Assembly: GCA_024679065.1 (NCBI GenBank) | Contig: JAGIQG010000006.1 | Location: forward strand, 69,254,001 to 69,318,000 | Length of the DNA: 64,000 nucleotides | Direction: 5' to 3' | DNA from: Sphyrna mokarran | Lineage: Eukaryota | Shown here: piece by piece, positions 24,990 to 38,955 of the stretch | Layout: every line of letters starts with the position of its first letter | How positions within the stretch are numbered: position 1 is the first letter of the stretch | Notes under the pieces: model-generated | Told to the model about the DNA's origin: nothing | The model's input: only the letters and a program-made list of their open reading frames with translations | Database searches by the model: none | Made by a program: the position numbers and the translations under genes

Positions 24990-27102
24990 TAGTACTTACT
25001 TAGTTGTCGATGTTTAAACCAACCTTTTGAAATCCCCAAAATTCTTCCTAAAAATAGGGTTGACTTATATGCTTTGTATAAAATGTAAACTGATGGTGAT
25101 TACCATTTCGAAATGTGGTGCTTTCACTTTCAGAATTATCTTTTCACAATAAATCCATTTCCTCTGCACCCATTGAATTGGATATTCTACATTTTTCAAT
25201 GAACTAATAGTATCCTACAATTTGATAATGAAATGACACAAAACATCAAGCTGGGCAGGAGACAAAGTTTCCATTCTATGAAGGTTTTCTTCTCTCCATC
25301 AACTATCTATTACATAAAATTCAGCACAAACATGATTCTTGAATGATTTATTGAGGCATACGTCTAAAAGTTGGGCTGCAGATGTCAGTATAATTGCAAT
25401 GTGGGTGTTATTTCTTCACAGGCACTGCATGGTGTCATTGATTATAGGAGATCTGAAAATGGTCCATACTAATAAACTGCATCATTTTCATAGACCATGG
25501 GCCACCTGTTCCATCCTTAATCATCAAAGTGATGGAAGGTGTTGTCAATATTGCTTTCCAGCACATTTATACAAATGCTCACTGATGCTTAGTGAGCCAT
25601 CAATTAAACACTGGCCAGGACCACTCAGCCACTGACCTCAGTACAGTATTTATCCAAACTGGGACACAAGAGTTGAATTCAAGAGATGAAGTAAATATCA
25701 TCCATAACTCTACTCAATCCTTATCCATCAAATCATTGTCATGGACACGCACAAAACCCATGCAGGGAATTTCATATTTGCATTGTTTTAAATTTGCAAA
25801 TTACCATTGGCTTTGATTTCGTTCCATTGAACATACAGGTTAGTACCAGCTGTGAATCTTGTCTATTCATGTCCTGTCATTTTCACAAGAACTGTTTTTA
25901 CTCAGCAGTTTGGTTGCTCGGCATATTGAAATTCAGGGGGTTTTCATCCATGTTGCCACTTCTGCTTTTGCTGTTATCTGAAAATGAATCGCTGGAAACT
26001 GCTCATTTTGCCATTGACATCACTTGATAGTCTCTGAACAATCTTGGTCTTCTGTCACAACATTAGGCTATTTCATTCCATGAAGTGTCTTCAAAACTAA
26101 CTGTTTCTCTGAGATCTGTACACGGCTCAGAATTTGACTTGGCCACCAATGTCCTTTAGGGAATTCTTACTCCAGACCCACAGCAATGTAGTTGACTCTT
26201 AAATACCCCATGACCAAAGGAAATTAGAGCAAGATAATAAATATTGGCTTACTGAGTGACATCCATTTTCCATGAATGAACAAAACTTAATTGCAGCTAT
26301 CGGCATTGCATTTCTGGTGATGGTGTAACCATTCTCATAATTTTTTGATTCATGCTTCTCAAGGTCAGGCCAAAGGCTTGTCCCTGTTTTGTGGAGCATT
26401 TGACCCTGGGCATCTTCTTCAGGACAGATTTCCTCTCCTTTATTCTGGCACCAGTTTTTCACCAACATAGAATTCCCTTGTTGCAGTTACTTGACAAGTA
26501 AGCAAATGTTACAACTTTTAGTTTGAAAATAACTTTGTGATGCTGGAGAACCCATTTCTGTCCATCATTTACTATATTACGTCTGCTTTATGTAGGTGTG
26601 TTCTTAAACTCCCATGCATCTTTGTGTTAAATGCCATATCACCTGCTTGATTCACATGCAATGATTTACGGCATAAACATGCATTTCTGGGATAAAATAT
26701 TGAGGCAAACTACTGTAGTACAAGAATTTGGTGTAGAAAGGGTTAATATGGGACAGGATAAACTACCACCCACACTGATGTAAAAGAACACATGACCACA
26801 ATTTAAAGAGCAGTCTTAGACTGGACAGAGATGTTTAGAAACAAGCATGGAGACAGCTGCTAGCTTAAATTTTAGACTGTACACAGTTTGAGTACAGTGT
26901 TTAATAAACATTTAGCTAATAAATTATAGGAGACTCAGAACCTTTGAAACTATCACTCAACATTTACAACAACTAATAATATAAGTAAAGGGGAAGTGTG
27001 ATTTGGTATTTACTGCAAGTGTATATAAAAGCATGATTTTTAGTGCTGTAAGAATACCATAATCTTATACACCAGGTTGATTTATACGTTAGAGTCTATA
27101 GT
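24990..27102 (-). mobile_element. Nearly full-length decayed pogo/Tc2 (POGK-like) DNA transposon with nested insertions
   Basis: Minus strand in order: FKLKVVTFA (Brinker-type DBD, ~26520), WPDLEK..GYTITR (CENPB-type HTH, ~26350), GNMDE..NFNMPSNQT..KTVLVKMTGHE..GTKSKPMVI (~25950-25790), SLLVW..AQLLDVCLNKSFK (~25470-25340). Subterminal gggttgacttatat / ggttgatttatac motifs. Confidence 0.85.
26714..26971 (+). mobile_element. Solo LTR (Gypsy-like) nested in the pogo element
   Basis: TGTAGTA...TACAACA inverted termini, internal AATAAA, flanked by actac/actaa (4 of 5 matching TSD). Confidence 0.65.
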
Positions 27103-27967
27103 CTATAGAACTCACTCAAGGATTAAATAAGTGGGAACATTGTGTGTATGTTACTCTGGAGTGAATTTTCCACTGAATGGTATTCAGGTGGCAGAGTATT
27201 CCAGCCAGTTGTCTGATATTTCTATGGAGATGAGAAGGTATATTTCATCAGCATATTGTTTGTAAGCTGCAGATGACAGACGAGTGCTCCAGAGAAAACT
27301 GCCAGTTCCAGGCCATCACGATATCTGGTTGTCCAGCTGGCTCTCGGTTCCAAAATAAGGCAAGGTTGAAGGAAAAAGTCCTATCTTGAGGAGGTGGTGG
27401 GGGGCTGTGGGGAAGACACCGGTGTTGTTTTCATATAACTCAAGGGAGCAATCCTGCTCTTCCTGGTCCTACAAAAGTAAATCAAAAATTACTTTCCCTC
27501 TTTGAAGCTAAGCCTCTTGAATGTGTATGACGCTCCCTGTTTAATTCCGAGAATGGTAGTTTATGGCCTGTATATATTGTGGGATATCAGTTTGTATATT
27601 AAAACCACCAAAATATAGGATGTTGTGCTATCCAGCTTCAGCCACTCCTTGAATAAGAATGGGCAGAAACTCTGACCCATCTATGTGCAATCTTTGTTAC
27701 CCTTTTACAACTGGTCAGAGGCCTCAATATCTCACCCCAACATTCGTATAATCGGTAGCAGTTGGACAGAAACTTATTTCTAAGTGTATTGTATAATGAA
27801 GGCTTACTAGTTACTGCATTTACTTTAATTCAACAAAAATTCAACCCCAAAGTGGGTTGACACGATTGCCTCAACAAGTTATTTGTGCAGCAAAACTGAT
27901 GGTCAAGGAAGGAAAGTCACATTGACATAAAAAAGTAATATAACCCACAACTCTCTTGTTATTTTAG

Positions 27968-28150
<183 letters not shown>

Positions 28151-28545
28151 TAGAGAACATAAAATTTCCTCTCGCCAGAGCTTCCCTGAAATTGCTACGA
28201 AGTTACTGGACTATTTGACCTTCTCTCATGCCATACACTTCCTATGTTTCTATATACACACAATGACATTGGGCTTAATCTATCTGGGAGGGAATTAAAA
28301 TTACAGCGTAATGAACAGAACAAACATACTGGACTAACAGTAAAATGACTTTCTGTGGCTCATATTTAAACTATATTGTTAGTGCAATGTAGAAAGAGAA
28401 CGGTGAACTGTTTTGAATTGCAGTTCTGCGTCTTCCAACCTGTGGGTGCCTACTGATGATATGGGGTCATAATACAGAAAGAAAATATTTCTCCTGTACA
28501 ATAGTCTCTTGTTTTTTGAGCATTATTTATTATACATGTCGCCTA

Positions 28546-28855
28546 AAATCATAGAATCCCTACTTTGCAGGCGTCCATTCAGCCCATTGTACCTACACTA
28601 GTAACAATCCTACCCAGGCCCTTTCCCAGTAATCTCATACATTTACCCTCCCAATCTTCTTGACACTAAGGGGAAATTTAGCATAGCCAATCAACGTGAC
28701 TCGCATATTTTTGAATTGTGGGAACCCAGAGAAAACCCACACAGATATTGGAAGAATGTGCAAACTCCATTCAGACAGCCACATACAAACAAATTGAACC
28801 CATGTCCTTGACGCTGTAAGGCAGCTGTGCTAACCACTGTGCAACAGTATTGCCC
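28546..28855 (-). mobile_element. Full-length HE1-like V-SINE
   Basis: Minus strand starts gggcaatactgttgcacagtggttagcacagctgcc. CR1-type tail aatcatagaatccctac. Confidence 0.85.
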
Positions 28856-29653
28856 TGTAATCCGATGAAAGAAATCTTTCTTGCACAAACCATGCAGGCA
28901 ACATGTTTTTTGTAGGAATTAAGAACAAGTGTTAATGAAGATGATTTGATATTTGATGTTATCAAGAGAAACACTGCATTAGAACATTGCACCAAATCTG
29001 TATGAAGGTATTATAAAGTTTCATATGCTTAGTTCCATTTGGAAATATCAAATCCGGTCATCCAATCAACACCCTACAATAACAAATTCTATATCATAAA
29101 TTTGTAATTTGTGAACCGGTACCTAAGAGGACAAAGAAGGACCAGGAAAGCTGCTTGGTAAAAGTCGTAACTGGTTCACCTTTATCCTTCAGTTAAAAAA
29201 ATCTTCAATTTCCTATCGAGTTGGATCTATACAAACTTCCTCGTTGAATATTGATGCTCTCAGAAGTAGTCTATTGCTTCAAAAAGACCTGTAGATAACT
29301 ACAGCTGAACAATAAATATGATTTTGCCAGTATTGACCACATCCTTAAAACAGAACACTGAAGAAGAGATACAATTTTATAACAAAAATTTTCTCTCCAT
29401 CAAAGTCCTTTCTTTGTACAAAGCAAAGCAAAGACCTTGATTTCTTTAGCTTTCAGTAACCAATTATTGAAAGGCATCTTTGTGCATAAAGCGATGTAAC
29501 CCAAAGAACAAGCTTATAATTTCATCAGATGAGCAGCGCTCCCCCATTTCACTGCCAACATATCATACCTCAAGCCAAAGAAGCACTATGCATCTTGATT
29601 TAACCTTAGAGAGCACAAATACCAGTGGTTAGAATGTGGAGCTCAATACCACT

Positions 29654-30229
29654 GACACTATAATTAAGAAGGCCCACCAATGCCTCTACTTTCACAGAAG
29701 ACTAAGGAAATTTGGCATGACAACTACAAGTCTCACCAACTTTTACAGTTGCACCATAGAAAGCATTCTTTCTGGTTGTATCCCAGCTTGCTATGGCTCC
29801 TGCTCTGCCCAAGACCACAAGGAACTACAAAAGATCATGAATGTAGCCCAATCTGTCACACAAATCAACCTCCCATCCATTGACTCTGTCTACACTCCTT
29901 GCTGCCTTGGCAAAGCAGCCAGCATAATTAAGGACCCCATGCACCCCAGACATTCTCTCTTCCACCTTCTTCCATCAGGAGAAAGATACAAAAGTCTGAG
30001 ATCATGTACTGACCAACTTAAGAAGAGCTTCTTCCCTTCTGCTCTCAAATTTTTGAATGGACCTACCTTGCATCAAGTTGATTTTTTTCTACACCCTAGC
30101 TATGATTGTAATACTACATTCTGCACTCTCTTGTTTTCTTCTCTGTGAATCGTATGCTCTGTCTGTATAGCACACAAAAAACAAAACTTTTCACTGTATG
30201 CTAATATATGTGACAATAATAAATCAAAT
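29654..30229 (+). mobile_element. Rex1/Babar LINE 3' fragment inserted in an older CR1 3' fragment (about 29620-30420)
   Basis: ORF KKAHQCLYFHRRLRKFG..FYSCTIESIL..LLPSGERY..KKSFFP is the Rex1 C-terminal domain. Tail tgtgacaataataaatcaaat, candidate TSD CACT (29650-29653 and 30230-30233). Confidence 0.9.
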
Positions 30230-30602
30230 CACTTAAAGTAATTGAGGCAAATGCCATAGATATATTTTGGAGGAAGCTGGATAAGAACATGAGAAAGTGA
30301 GGAACAGAAGATTAGAATGATAAGAGTTAAATAAATCAGAGCGGGAGGAGGCTGGTGTGGAGTATAAACACTGGCATGAACCAGTTAGGCTGTAAGGTCT
30401 GTTTCTGTCCTACAGAAGTAATTCAATGTAATACTTCGCTGGGTCGTATTACCTATCCTCTGGGCTAAAAGATTTTGATTAAAAGTTAGTAACCTTGGTA
30501 TTTTATGTAAAGTTATTTTACATGCAGTTATGATGGCTGGAAAAATCAAATATACTTTCAACTTCAATTTACTTAAGAAAATCCTATTTTTTCTCTTCAC
30601 AG

Positions 30603-31019
30603 CTGTAAAGTTTGGAAGAATGTCTAAGAAGCAGCGTGACAGTTTATATGCTGAGGTCCAGAAACACCAACAGAGGCTGCAAGAACAACGACAGCAGCAA
30701 AGTGGTGAGGCAGAAGCCCTTGCCCGTGTCTATACAAACAGCATCAGCAATGGTTTGACAGACCTGAACAACGAAATTGGTGGCACTTATTCAAATGGAC
30801 ACGTAATTGATCTGCCAAAAGTACAATCTGAGGGAGCTAATGGATATTACAGTGTAGATTCTGCTCAACCGTCACCCGATCAGTCTGGGATAGACATGGC
30901 TGGAATCAAGCAAATAAAACAAGAGCCTATTTATGAACTCACACCTGTACCAAACTTGTTTACGTATAGCTCTTTTACAAATGGTCAACTGGCTCCTGGA
31001 GTAACAATGACTGAAATAG
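30603..31019 (+). CDS. RORB: RORB coding exon (exon 4), C-terminal extension ([15 protein letters not shown]) and hinge
   Basis: ttctcttcacag acceptor, ATAG|gtaggt donor, 417 nt, phase 1 to 1. Lies within ORF 30530..31039. Confidence 0.97.
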
Positions 31020-34000
31020 GTAGGTCTGGTGAGGAATAAGACTCCCATGTGTTAAAAATCCCAATTGTTGATAGTGAAATCCATTCTGGGATGTTCTTTA
31101 TTGGCATCTGTTGAATGGCGATGATGGTGATACAGTAAAAACTATTAATGCTTTGAAGCATGAAATTTATTTGATATTCATTAGGGGCGATTATTTTGGA
31201 AATTTAGATGTGAAGTGCATATGGCAGAAGGTTTTGGTTCACTGATGGTACTTGTGTTTGTAATTGATTTGATTTGAAATGGATGATGTGGTTTTTGAGT
31301 GCACTGTCTCTAAATTCCTAAAATGATAATTAGGACAATAACTGCCCATAGATTTTCCTCTTTCATTCTTTGGCAACAAAGAATCACTTGGCTGGATGTC
31401 ACAAAGGAAAACTGAACAGGAAGGTTTGTTTGCTCAATAATGGAACGTATTGAATGGAAAATCGGTCGAACAGAAACTCAGGTATACCATCCTCCCAAAC
31501 TTATTTTTATCCACATGTACTACCAAGTAATCACTTGAGTGCAAAAGAGGAAAAGCTGCCCATCAGTTCATTTATCCTGTTCTTCCTGGTGCGCTTATGA
31601 AGATTTTCAGTGTTTTTTTTTATTATCAGTGAAAGGGTTAACAAGGATCCTGTTGCTACATTGCTTTATACTTTCTTTTTCAGTTGGTTAAGAAGTCTTA
31701 GGACCAGATTTACATGTCTTTATCCATGTAGGAACAGAAGTGGGTGAGATTTAAAAATGGTAATGAGACCCAATTCCACAATTCCTGTGCTCATTCCATT
31801 GTGTGGGATTTTTATGGGCCCAGGATAAAGTCATAGGTAATGAACATGCATGCAGCTATCCCATCTTTGCTTACTCCATTGCAGGGTTTGGCATTTTAAA
31901 CATCTTGCTATCATGGAGTTATTCTGGTAGGGACTGTGATTCGTGGCACCTCAGAAGTAATGAATCATTAGAGAAGCATGGTCTAGAGTAAGGAATCTTT
32001 TGGCAGATTAGTTAACAAAATCACATATCATAGTTTAATGGTATATGGTAACTTAAATATGTTTTAATACAGCGTGTATAGAATAGGTAAGTGAGCACTA
32101 CATTGACCAGCATTGTGAAAGTTTGGATGCATTAGAATACTTTATCTAGTCAATAAAGTGATTTTTTCTGCATTTAATGTTATTAAGATTAAGATCTTAA
32201 TGTGTTAATATTTCCCTCTGATTTAGGACATGATCATACCAGTCATTCATGCCATGTTCCCATAACAGTGAAATCAGAGAATTTGGTGCCCAGCCAAATC
32301 TCTGTTCACTGCAGTAAGATGGGAAAATTCTGCTGGCATCAATGGCTGTAACATTTCAGCCTTAGTCTTTTCTTTGCCTGACAGTCCAGTCATCTGCTTG
32401 ACCTTTGAAACATTGGAACGTATAGCCATCTGTTCTACTATAAAAGGGGATCATGTATTCAGTTCAGCCAACTGTTCCCCTGCTTCAATTTACAAGACCA
32501 AGGTATTTCACAGACTTGGAAGATTTTTCTGTATTCAGCTCTATATGTTTTATTGAAATATCACTTCAGTGGAGTCTCATTATGAATGATTGGCTGGGAT
32601 CCAAACCCAATGCTGCATTTGGATCAGTCAGGGGTGGTTAACACTGCTATCAAAGAGCTTTGTCTTTGATTGACAATTTTATGAGCTCCTAAGAGGATTA
32701 AAGTTTTTGAAGAGATGTTTGAAGGGTTGCTTGCTTATTTTGATAGTTTCATGAAAATGTTAAAGATTTCCCAATGTTATTATAGGGCTCATACATTCTA
32801 TCCATGGTAAAAACTGTGTTTATGGGATTGGAGTATGTATATAAGCAGGCATAAGGGGGCAGTGGAGGGGGATAGTAGGTGAGAAATGAGAAGGATGAGA
32901 ACTGTGGCCTGGTATTTTATGACCTCAGTTGGGCTGAGACCAACAAAGAATTCTGTTCTGTGAGCCTGAATCAGGGTGAGTGATGCGGTAAAATACCAGT
33001 CATCATATCAAACACTCATTTTCAGAACTAGGCTAAAGTATAGAGAACTGAGACTAGCCTTTCAACCTGCATTCAGTCACCTGTGCTTCAGACCTGCTTC
33101 TGGTGGCAGCAGCCTCCAGCTTGCCCTATCACCTTATCATGAAAATAGACAGGGAAGTAAAGTTGAAGTCACAATCAGATCAGCCATGATTTTACTGAAA
33201 GGCAGATCAGATTTCAGGGGCTGAATTGCCTACTTCTGTTTCTCTTTCTTATATTCTTGTTATGCTCTTATGTTCGGGGATCCAAGTCCCTGCCCTGACA
33301 GACATTTGCATTTAATTTCTCTGGATGAATGAATGTTATCATTTCTAGCGGGTAAATAAAAGGACTTTGAGCCTTTTGAATGATATTTGTTAAACCAATA
33401 GAATCAGACTTGCCAAGGAGCATCATATATCCTGATAACTATCACAAGTTTATTAAGAGAGAGCCTCAAATTAGATTCTGCACATCTTGCTCTCCCTGAA
33501 AGAGTAAGTTCGGCTCTGAGTGAATAAAAAATAAAGTACGGAAACAGATGAAAGCTTATCTTAGTGGATCACTAGATGCAGGAAGAGAATTGGAATTTTA
33601 CCTGAATTTATCATAACTCAGAAAAGTCAGAACTGAGCCAACTTCCAGAGTTCAAAACCCCATTGAATTGTGAAATATTATTGGCTTTATGAAAGGAGAG
33701 TTCAATACTATTTTGCAGGAGGCCCTACTTCTGATCTAATAATTTTGAATATTATCCCATACTTCAAACTAAAAATTAGTTCAATCATTTATCTTCTGAA
33801 TTAAGGGGCTTTTTTTTTCATTAAGGAAACAATATCAGGAGTCAAGAATTTTCTTGAATCATTCCCATCATTGGAGGAGCCAATCTACTCTATTTTCATT
33901 TTGGAGAGACAGATTTGGCCTGGGGATAGGTCACTGCCTCTGGAGGAGGAATGAGGCGGCAGCAAATGCAGGTGGATAATGAAGCCAGCAGGTTGAAAGG

Positions 34001-34872
34001 CCACCTCAGTTTACTGGGACATCAGTCTATTTCTATTCATGATTGTTTGGTCCTCTAGCCCTCAACCCATACTCTCTCATATCCACTATTCCTTCTCAAA
34101 TCTCCCAACCCTCCTCCATTGCCTCCTCCCCCATATTCCCTCCATACTCCTGCAGTTCTACTCATCCAGTAAGTGCCGGGTACACAACACATGAGCTACA
34201 TAATCACCCTGACAAGTCTTTGAAATGCTCATAAGGAAGAAAGCAGGTATTCGACATTCCTTTTGCTTTCTCACAAGCTTGCCAATCAGATACAGGTAGT
34301 GAATGTTCAGTTGAAGAAACCTTCAATTCACTTTACACCTCTTAATCTTGTCCATATAAATACACAAGGATTGAAAAACTTCTTCAAAGAAAGATCAGGT
34401 CATTACAAGATAATAAAAATGCTGATCATACAAAGCTAACATTCCCCTTTGCAACTGGGTAAACAGACCCCGACTGATCTGAATCCATAACTCTTATATT
34501 GAGCTCAGTTAAGCATTTAGAATGAGGCTATCTGGCAACTGTATCAATAGAAGCAGGCCAAACAAGTGGTTAGACATCTGTTTTTCCAGATGTTATTAAT
34601 TGTGAATGCTTAGCTAAGCTTTTCTCTGTCAATTTATGAAATTATCTGTTCCCTTTGACTCAAATTGCATTTTGCAATGACCCTAGGCATTTAGTCTCTA
34701 CAAGGCAACCTGTTGTAGAATACACTAAAAATGGATGTAAAGAATATCTGAAAGTCAGGGAATAAAAATGAGAATCCTTGGTGATTTTCCTTCAGTAGCT
34801 CAAAAGCATGAGGCAAATTATCACTCCTGTGCTACTAGACCTGTTGAAATACGTTCTTTCATTAGAGACCAT

Positions 34873-35000
34873 AGGCAACTTTTTCCAGTCATACTCTTCC
34901 CAAAACTGGAAAATCCCACCCAAGATCAATGGACCTTTCCATGGTCCATGCACCCATCCACTATGATTCTCGTGCAGGCGATAGGGAAAATACCCCACCC
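34873..35000. mobile_element. ~130-bp MITE copy
   Basis: Internal ggaaaatcccacccaagatcaatggaccttt matches the core of copies 48927 and 60620. Confidence 0.55.
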
Positions 35001-38000
35001 CATCCGCCCAGGTTTGTCCTGAAACCTCTCTGGTCTACATAGCTCTCCATACCACATGATGCCTTCAAACATGGCCATTGGAGAGCCAGTGGTTCTCCTT
35101 TTCAGTATTTATAAGATACAATAAATACACATTTATGAGATAAAATAATGGAACCCAGACATTATTCAAAGCTTTAACACAGATGGCATTAATAAATAGT
35201 GAGCACTTTGCTCTTACAATTTATAATGCCAACTGAGCCCTTTAATTACACCCCAGCTTGTAACAATATTTAGTATTTCTGTCCACATATCTCCTGCATA
35301 TTCTATAATTAACTGAATTTGCATATCAATAAGTCAAATTGTGCAGACCATTTTCTGTCACTTATTTTGCCTCCAACACTCATTTGCTATAGCAGCTCAC
35401 ATTTTCTTCCCTTACTAAATAACTCCTTTTCTTGAATATATTAACCAATATGTGGAATATATTAACCAAGAGCCAAACCAAGAAGCCATCCTTACCTATA
35501 GCGAGAAGAAAAACTCATTCACAATTGACCAGAAAAATGAAAATATCTTCTTTCCCCTCTTACATTGAAGTAGCAAAGTTTCTGCTTGAGTTTAGTGAAG
35601 TATTAAAATATAATTCATAAACAATGAATCAGCTAGCATAGTTCATTTGTCATATCCATTGTCTAATAATGTAATAGGAGTCAAGGTGGGTAAAGAGGCT
35701 ATGAATATATCCTAGGATATAGAGTTTTGCTATATGATTTAAGTATTTGATTTTTTTTCCATGTCGTGAATGCCTAATCTGTCAAGAAGAGAGAGGAGCA
35801 CCAAGCCTAGAAGCTAGTCACAAAACATGAAGGGAAGTTCACTTTGACAGCTCTCCTGTCCCTTAATGGCATAGTCAGCAGTCCAAAAACATGTTATTCG
35901 CTCACCCTTTTATTACAAAAATTGATACCTCATATGGAAGACAAATAAAGAAAGGTATTTAATGAGCAATGAAAAAAATGGCATTATGGAGATTTGAATT
36001 TAAATCCTGGACTTGGTTGGACTGTTGGGAGAAAAAAACTGTTTGGCAGAGGGAATCCCACCTATAATTCACAACTGTTTTTTAAATCTATTGAGAGATG
36101 CTAAATCAAACATTCTTGTTCGCTTAATTGCTGAGTGCTGTAGGGTTTTTGCCCACACAGATTAGGAAGGTGCCAGTTTAATCCTTGACATATCCAGCAT
36201 TTGCTCATTTCAGTTTCCACTGTGAATTGAGTACTAACCGTACCTGTGTGGGGGCATTGATGTCATTGTTGGCTGCAATGATCCCAACGGCTGAATAGGC
36301 TTCCAGTATTCTCTGTCAATGCCCCTACTTGGTGAACCATTAGGGCCTATAGACCCATGAGTGAGTCAATACCTTCAAGAAATATGGATTAGGAGAAAAC
36401 ATTATACAGTATACAGATACAGTAAAGATAAGAGAACTAAATACCTTTCCGTTGGAAAAGAAAATTGCAAATATGTTTCAGATTAAAATCTGGAAGGCAG
36501 CATGTGGTCTAAGTAGGGAGAAACATTTTATGTTGCCAATAGCAGCAGGAATATCATAAAACTAACCAAATTTTAAACTCAGCATAACACATGAAGTGCC
36601 TAATTTACCTTTGCACTTCAGTTGTCAAACATGTCACCACTGGGACAGCCACTGCCAACTTGATAAAAACATTAAAAAGTAAAATGGACAGACTGCTGAC
36701 TCAATAGAGAAAAGGGAGATATGTGTGCAATGACAAAGTCAAAGGGAAGTCAATTTAATTTGGATGTATCCAACTCTAAATAATGAGGTGAACTAGAAGT
36801 GATGGGTGTTTTTTTTTATATGGCACCTATGTTTTCTTGGTGTTTTGTGTGTGAGAGGTCCATGATGCTGAATCAGGCTTCTGATTCAGGACGCAGGCAA
36901 TAAACCTGAAGAAGAATTAAATAGAGAAAAGACATTTTGTGTGGGAGTGGAGGAAATTTGCAGCTGCCAGTGGGTTAGTAAATTAGATAATAGAGATAAT
37001 ACAGCAGCTGCTTCATTCTTTTTAAATTGTTACATTATTTTAAACCTTGTCCATTCCTGACACAGTCCTTACTAATAATGGAATAAATAATGGATGATGG
37101 AAAAATAGTAATTTACCATCACAGTGGGATCAAATGATTAACCTATTGCAGAGTAGATGGTAATCATGGTAATGTTCATTTTTTTTTTCATTTTGAACAG
37201 AATAATTGACTTGCTGTTGAACAGCAGTCCCTGAAATAAGTAATTATTTTGTCTGTATTGTAGACAGGTTGTTTGAACGTTGTGAATGCTCAGTCTTTCA
37301 GATGTCAAAGGAAGAGAGAAGGGGCAAGACAGTAGCCCTGGAAATTGCTGTTGGCACAAAGCATTACTCCAGTCAAGGGAGCAGCAATTTTTATTGGCTA
37401 TGAGTTTTGCCTCACTGAGGACCTGACATAAATTTTAATGGGTGGTAGGGTTGTTTGGCAATTACTCCCAGTCATTATTGCTACTGTAGAATGAAACCCA
37501 CAACATTTTTGCCTTCATCCACTGTAATGTTTTCTGTTAACCCTGTCTGTGTGAAGTGGACATGGGAACCAAGCCACATTGTCATAAGTGAGGAATAAGG
37601 AACTGAAGGAAATCAGCATCACTCAACTCTAAGAATTGGTCTCAGTGGAGGTAGCTGAGCAGGAGTGGAGAGAACCTGTCGAGGATGCCAGGTCACCAGA
37701 AGTGCTTTCATCAATATGCCTCTTACAACAGCCTCAGGCACAGCTAACTGCCAATGATTGGCAAACACAGCTTCCAGATGTTCGGGCTTAGCAGGGTTCA
37801 AAGCTATACTTTTTTTTTCAATGATCCTACAGTGTAGTTCAAGTACAGAGATGGCATTGATAATGGCAACCATGATGACATTCCCCCAACTCCATCCAGG
37901 CCAACAATATCAGCCAGTTCTCTGACCACTAATGTATCAACAGGCTGAGGGAATTCAGCAGGGAAATATTTTCCTTTCCTTCACTACACAGGCGCAGCAA

Positions 38001-38029
38001 CTCTGCTACTCTGCTGATTCTCCTTAATT

Positions 38030-38955
38030 ACATGTTTGTCATGGGATGTGGACATTGCTGGCTAGGCCAGCAGTTATTATCCATCCCAAACAGTCCTTTA
38101 GAAGATGGTGTTGAACCACCTTCTTGAAACACTGCAGACCATATGGTAATAGAATGTCCGCTGTGCTGTTAGGGAGAGAGTTTCTAGATCTTGACCCAGT
38201 GAAGGAACAGCATTATTCCAAGTCAGAAAGGTGTTTGGTTTGGAAGGAACTTGCAAGTTGTAGTGTTATTCCCAAGCATCTGCTGCTTTGTCCTTCTACA
38301 TGGTAGAGGTTGTGGGTTTGGAAGATGGTATAGAAGAAGTCTCGGTAAGTTATTGCAGTGCATCCTGCTGCATTGTGCATTGATGATGGAGAGAATGAAT
38401 ATTTAGGTTAGTGCTTGATTTGTCAGTTAAACTGGTGCTTTGTCCTGGGTGGAGTTAAGTTTCTTGAGTATTTTTAGAGCTGCATACATTCTAGAAGAGT
38501 GGAGAGTATTCTATCACTATCCTAACTTGTGCCTTGTAGATGGTGGGCAGACGACAGGATGATGAATTACATACCTCTGACCTGCTCTTGTAACCATATT
38601 ATTTATAAGGTGGGTTGAGTCAGTTTCTGATCAATGTTTACCCTCTGAGTGGGGGACTGAGCAATGGTGATGCCATTTAATGTCAAGAGATGATGGTTGA
38701 ATTTTCTCTTGCTGGAAGTGGTCATTACCCGGTCTTTTTGTAGGAGAATGTTACTTGTCACTTATCAGCCCAAACTTGAATATTGGCCAGATCTTCCTGC
38801 ATATGGATGCAGACTGCTTCAGTATCTGAGGAGTCATGAATGATGCTGAGCTTTATGCAATCATCATCAAAAATCCTCAAGTCTGATTTTGTTTCAGAGG
38901 AAAATCAGTAATGAAGCAGCTGAAAATGGTTGGACCTCGGACACTGCCCTGAGTG
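38030..38955 (-). mobile_element. CR1/L2-group LINE 3' portion, decayed
   Basis: Minus-strand QGSVRGPTIFSCFITDFP RT motif through to the tail ..ataactgctggcctagccagcaatgtccacatcccatga. Confidence 0.85.

Noticed and set aside
30530-31039. 169-aa ORF as a standalone gene
   Set aside because: It is RORB exon 4 plus intronic read-through on both sides.
35434-35469. 15-bp direct repeat around a 6-bp spacer
   Set aside because: Only two units. A simple local duplication, not an array or CRISPR-like structure.
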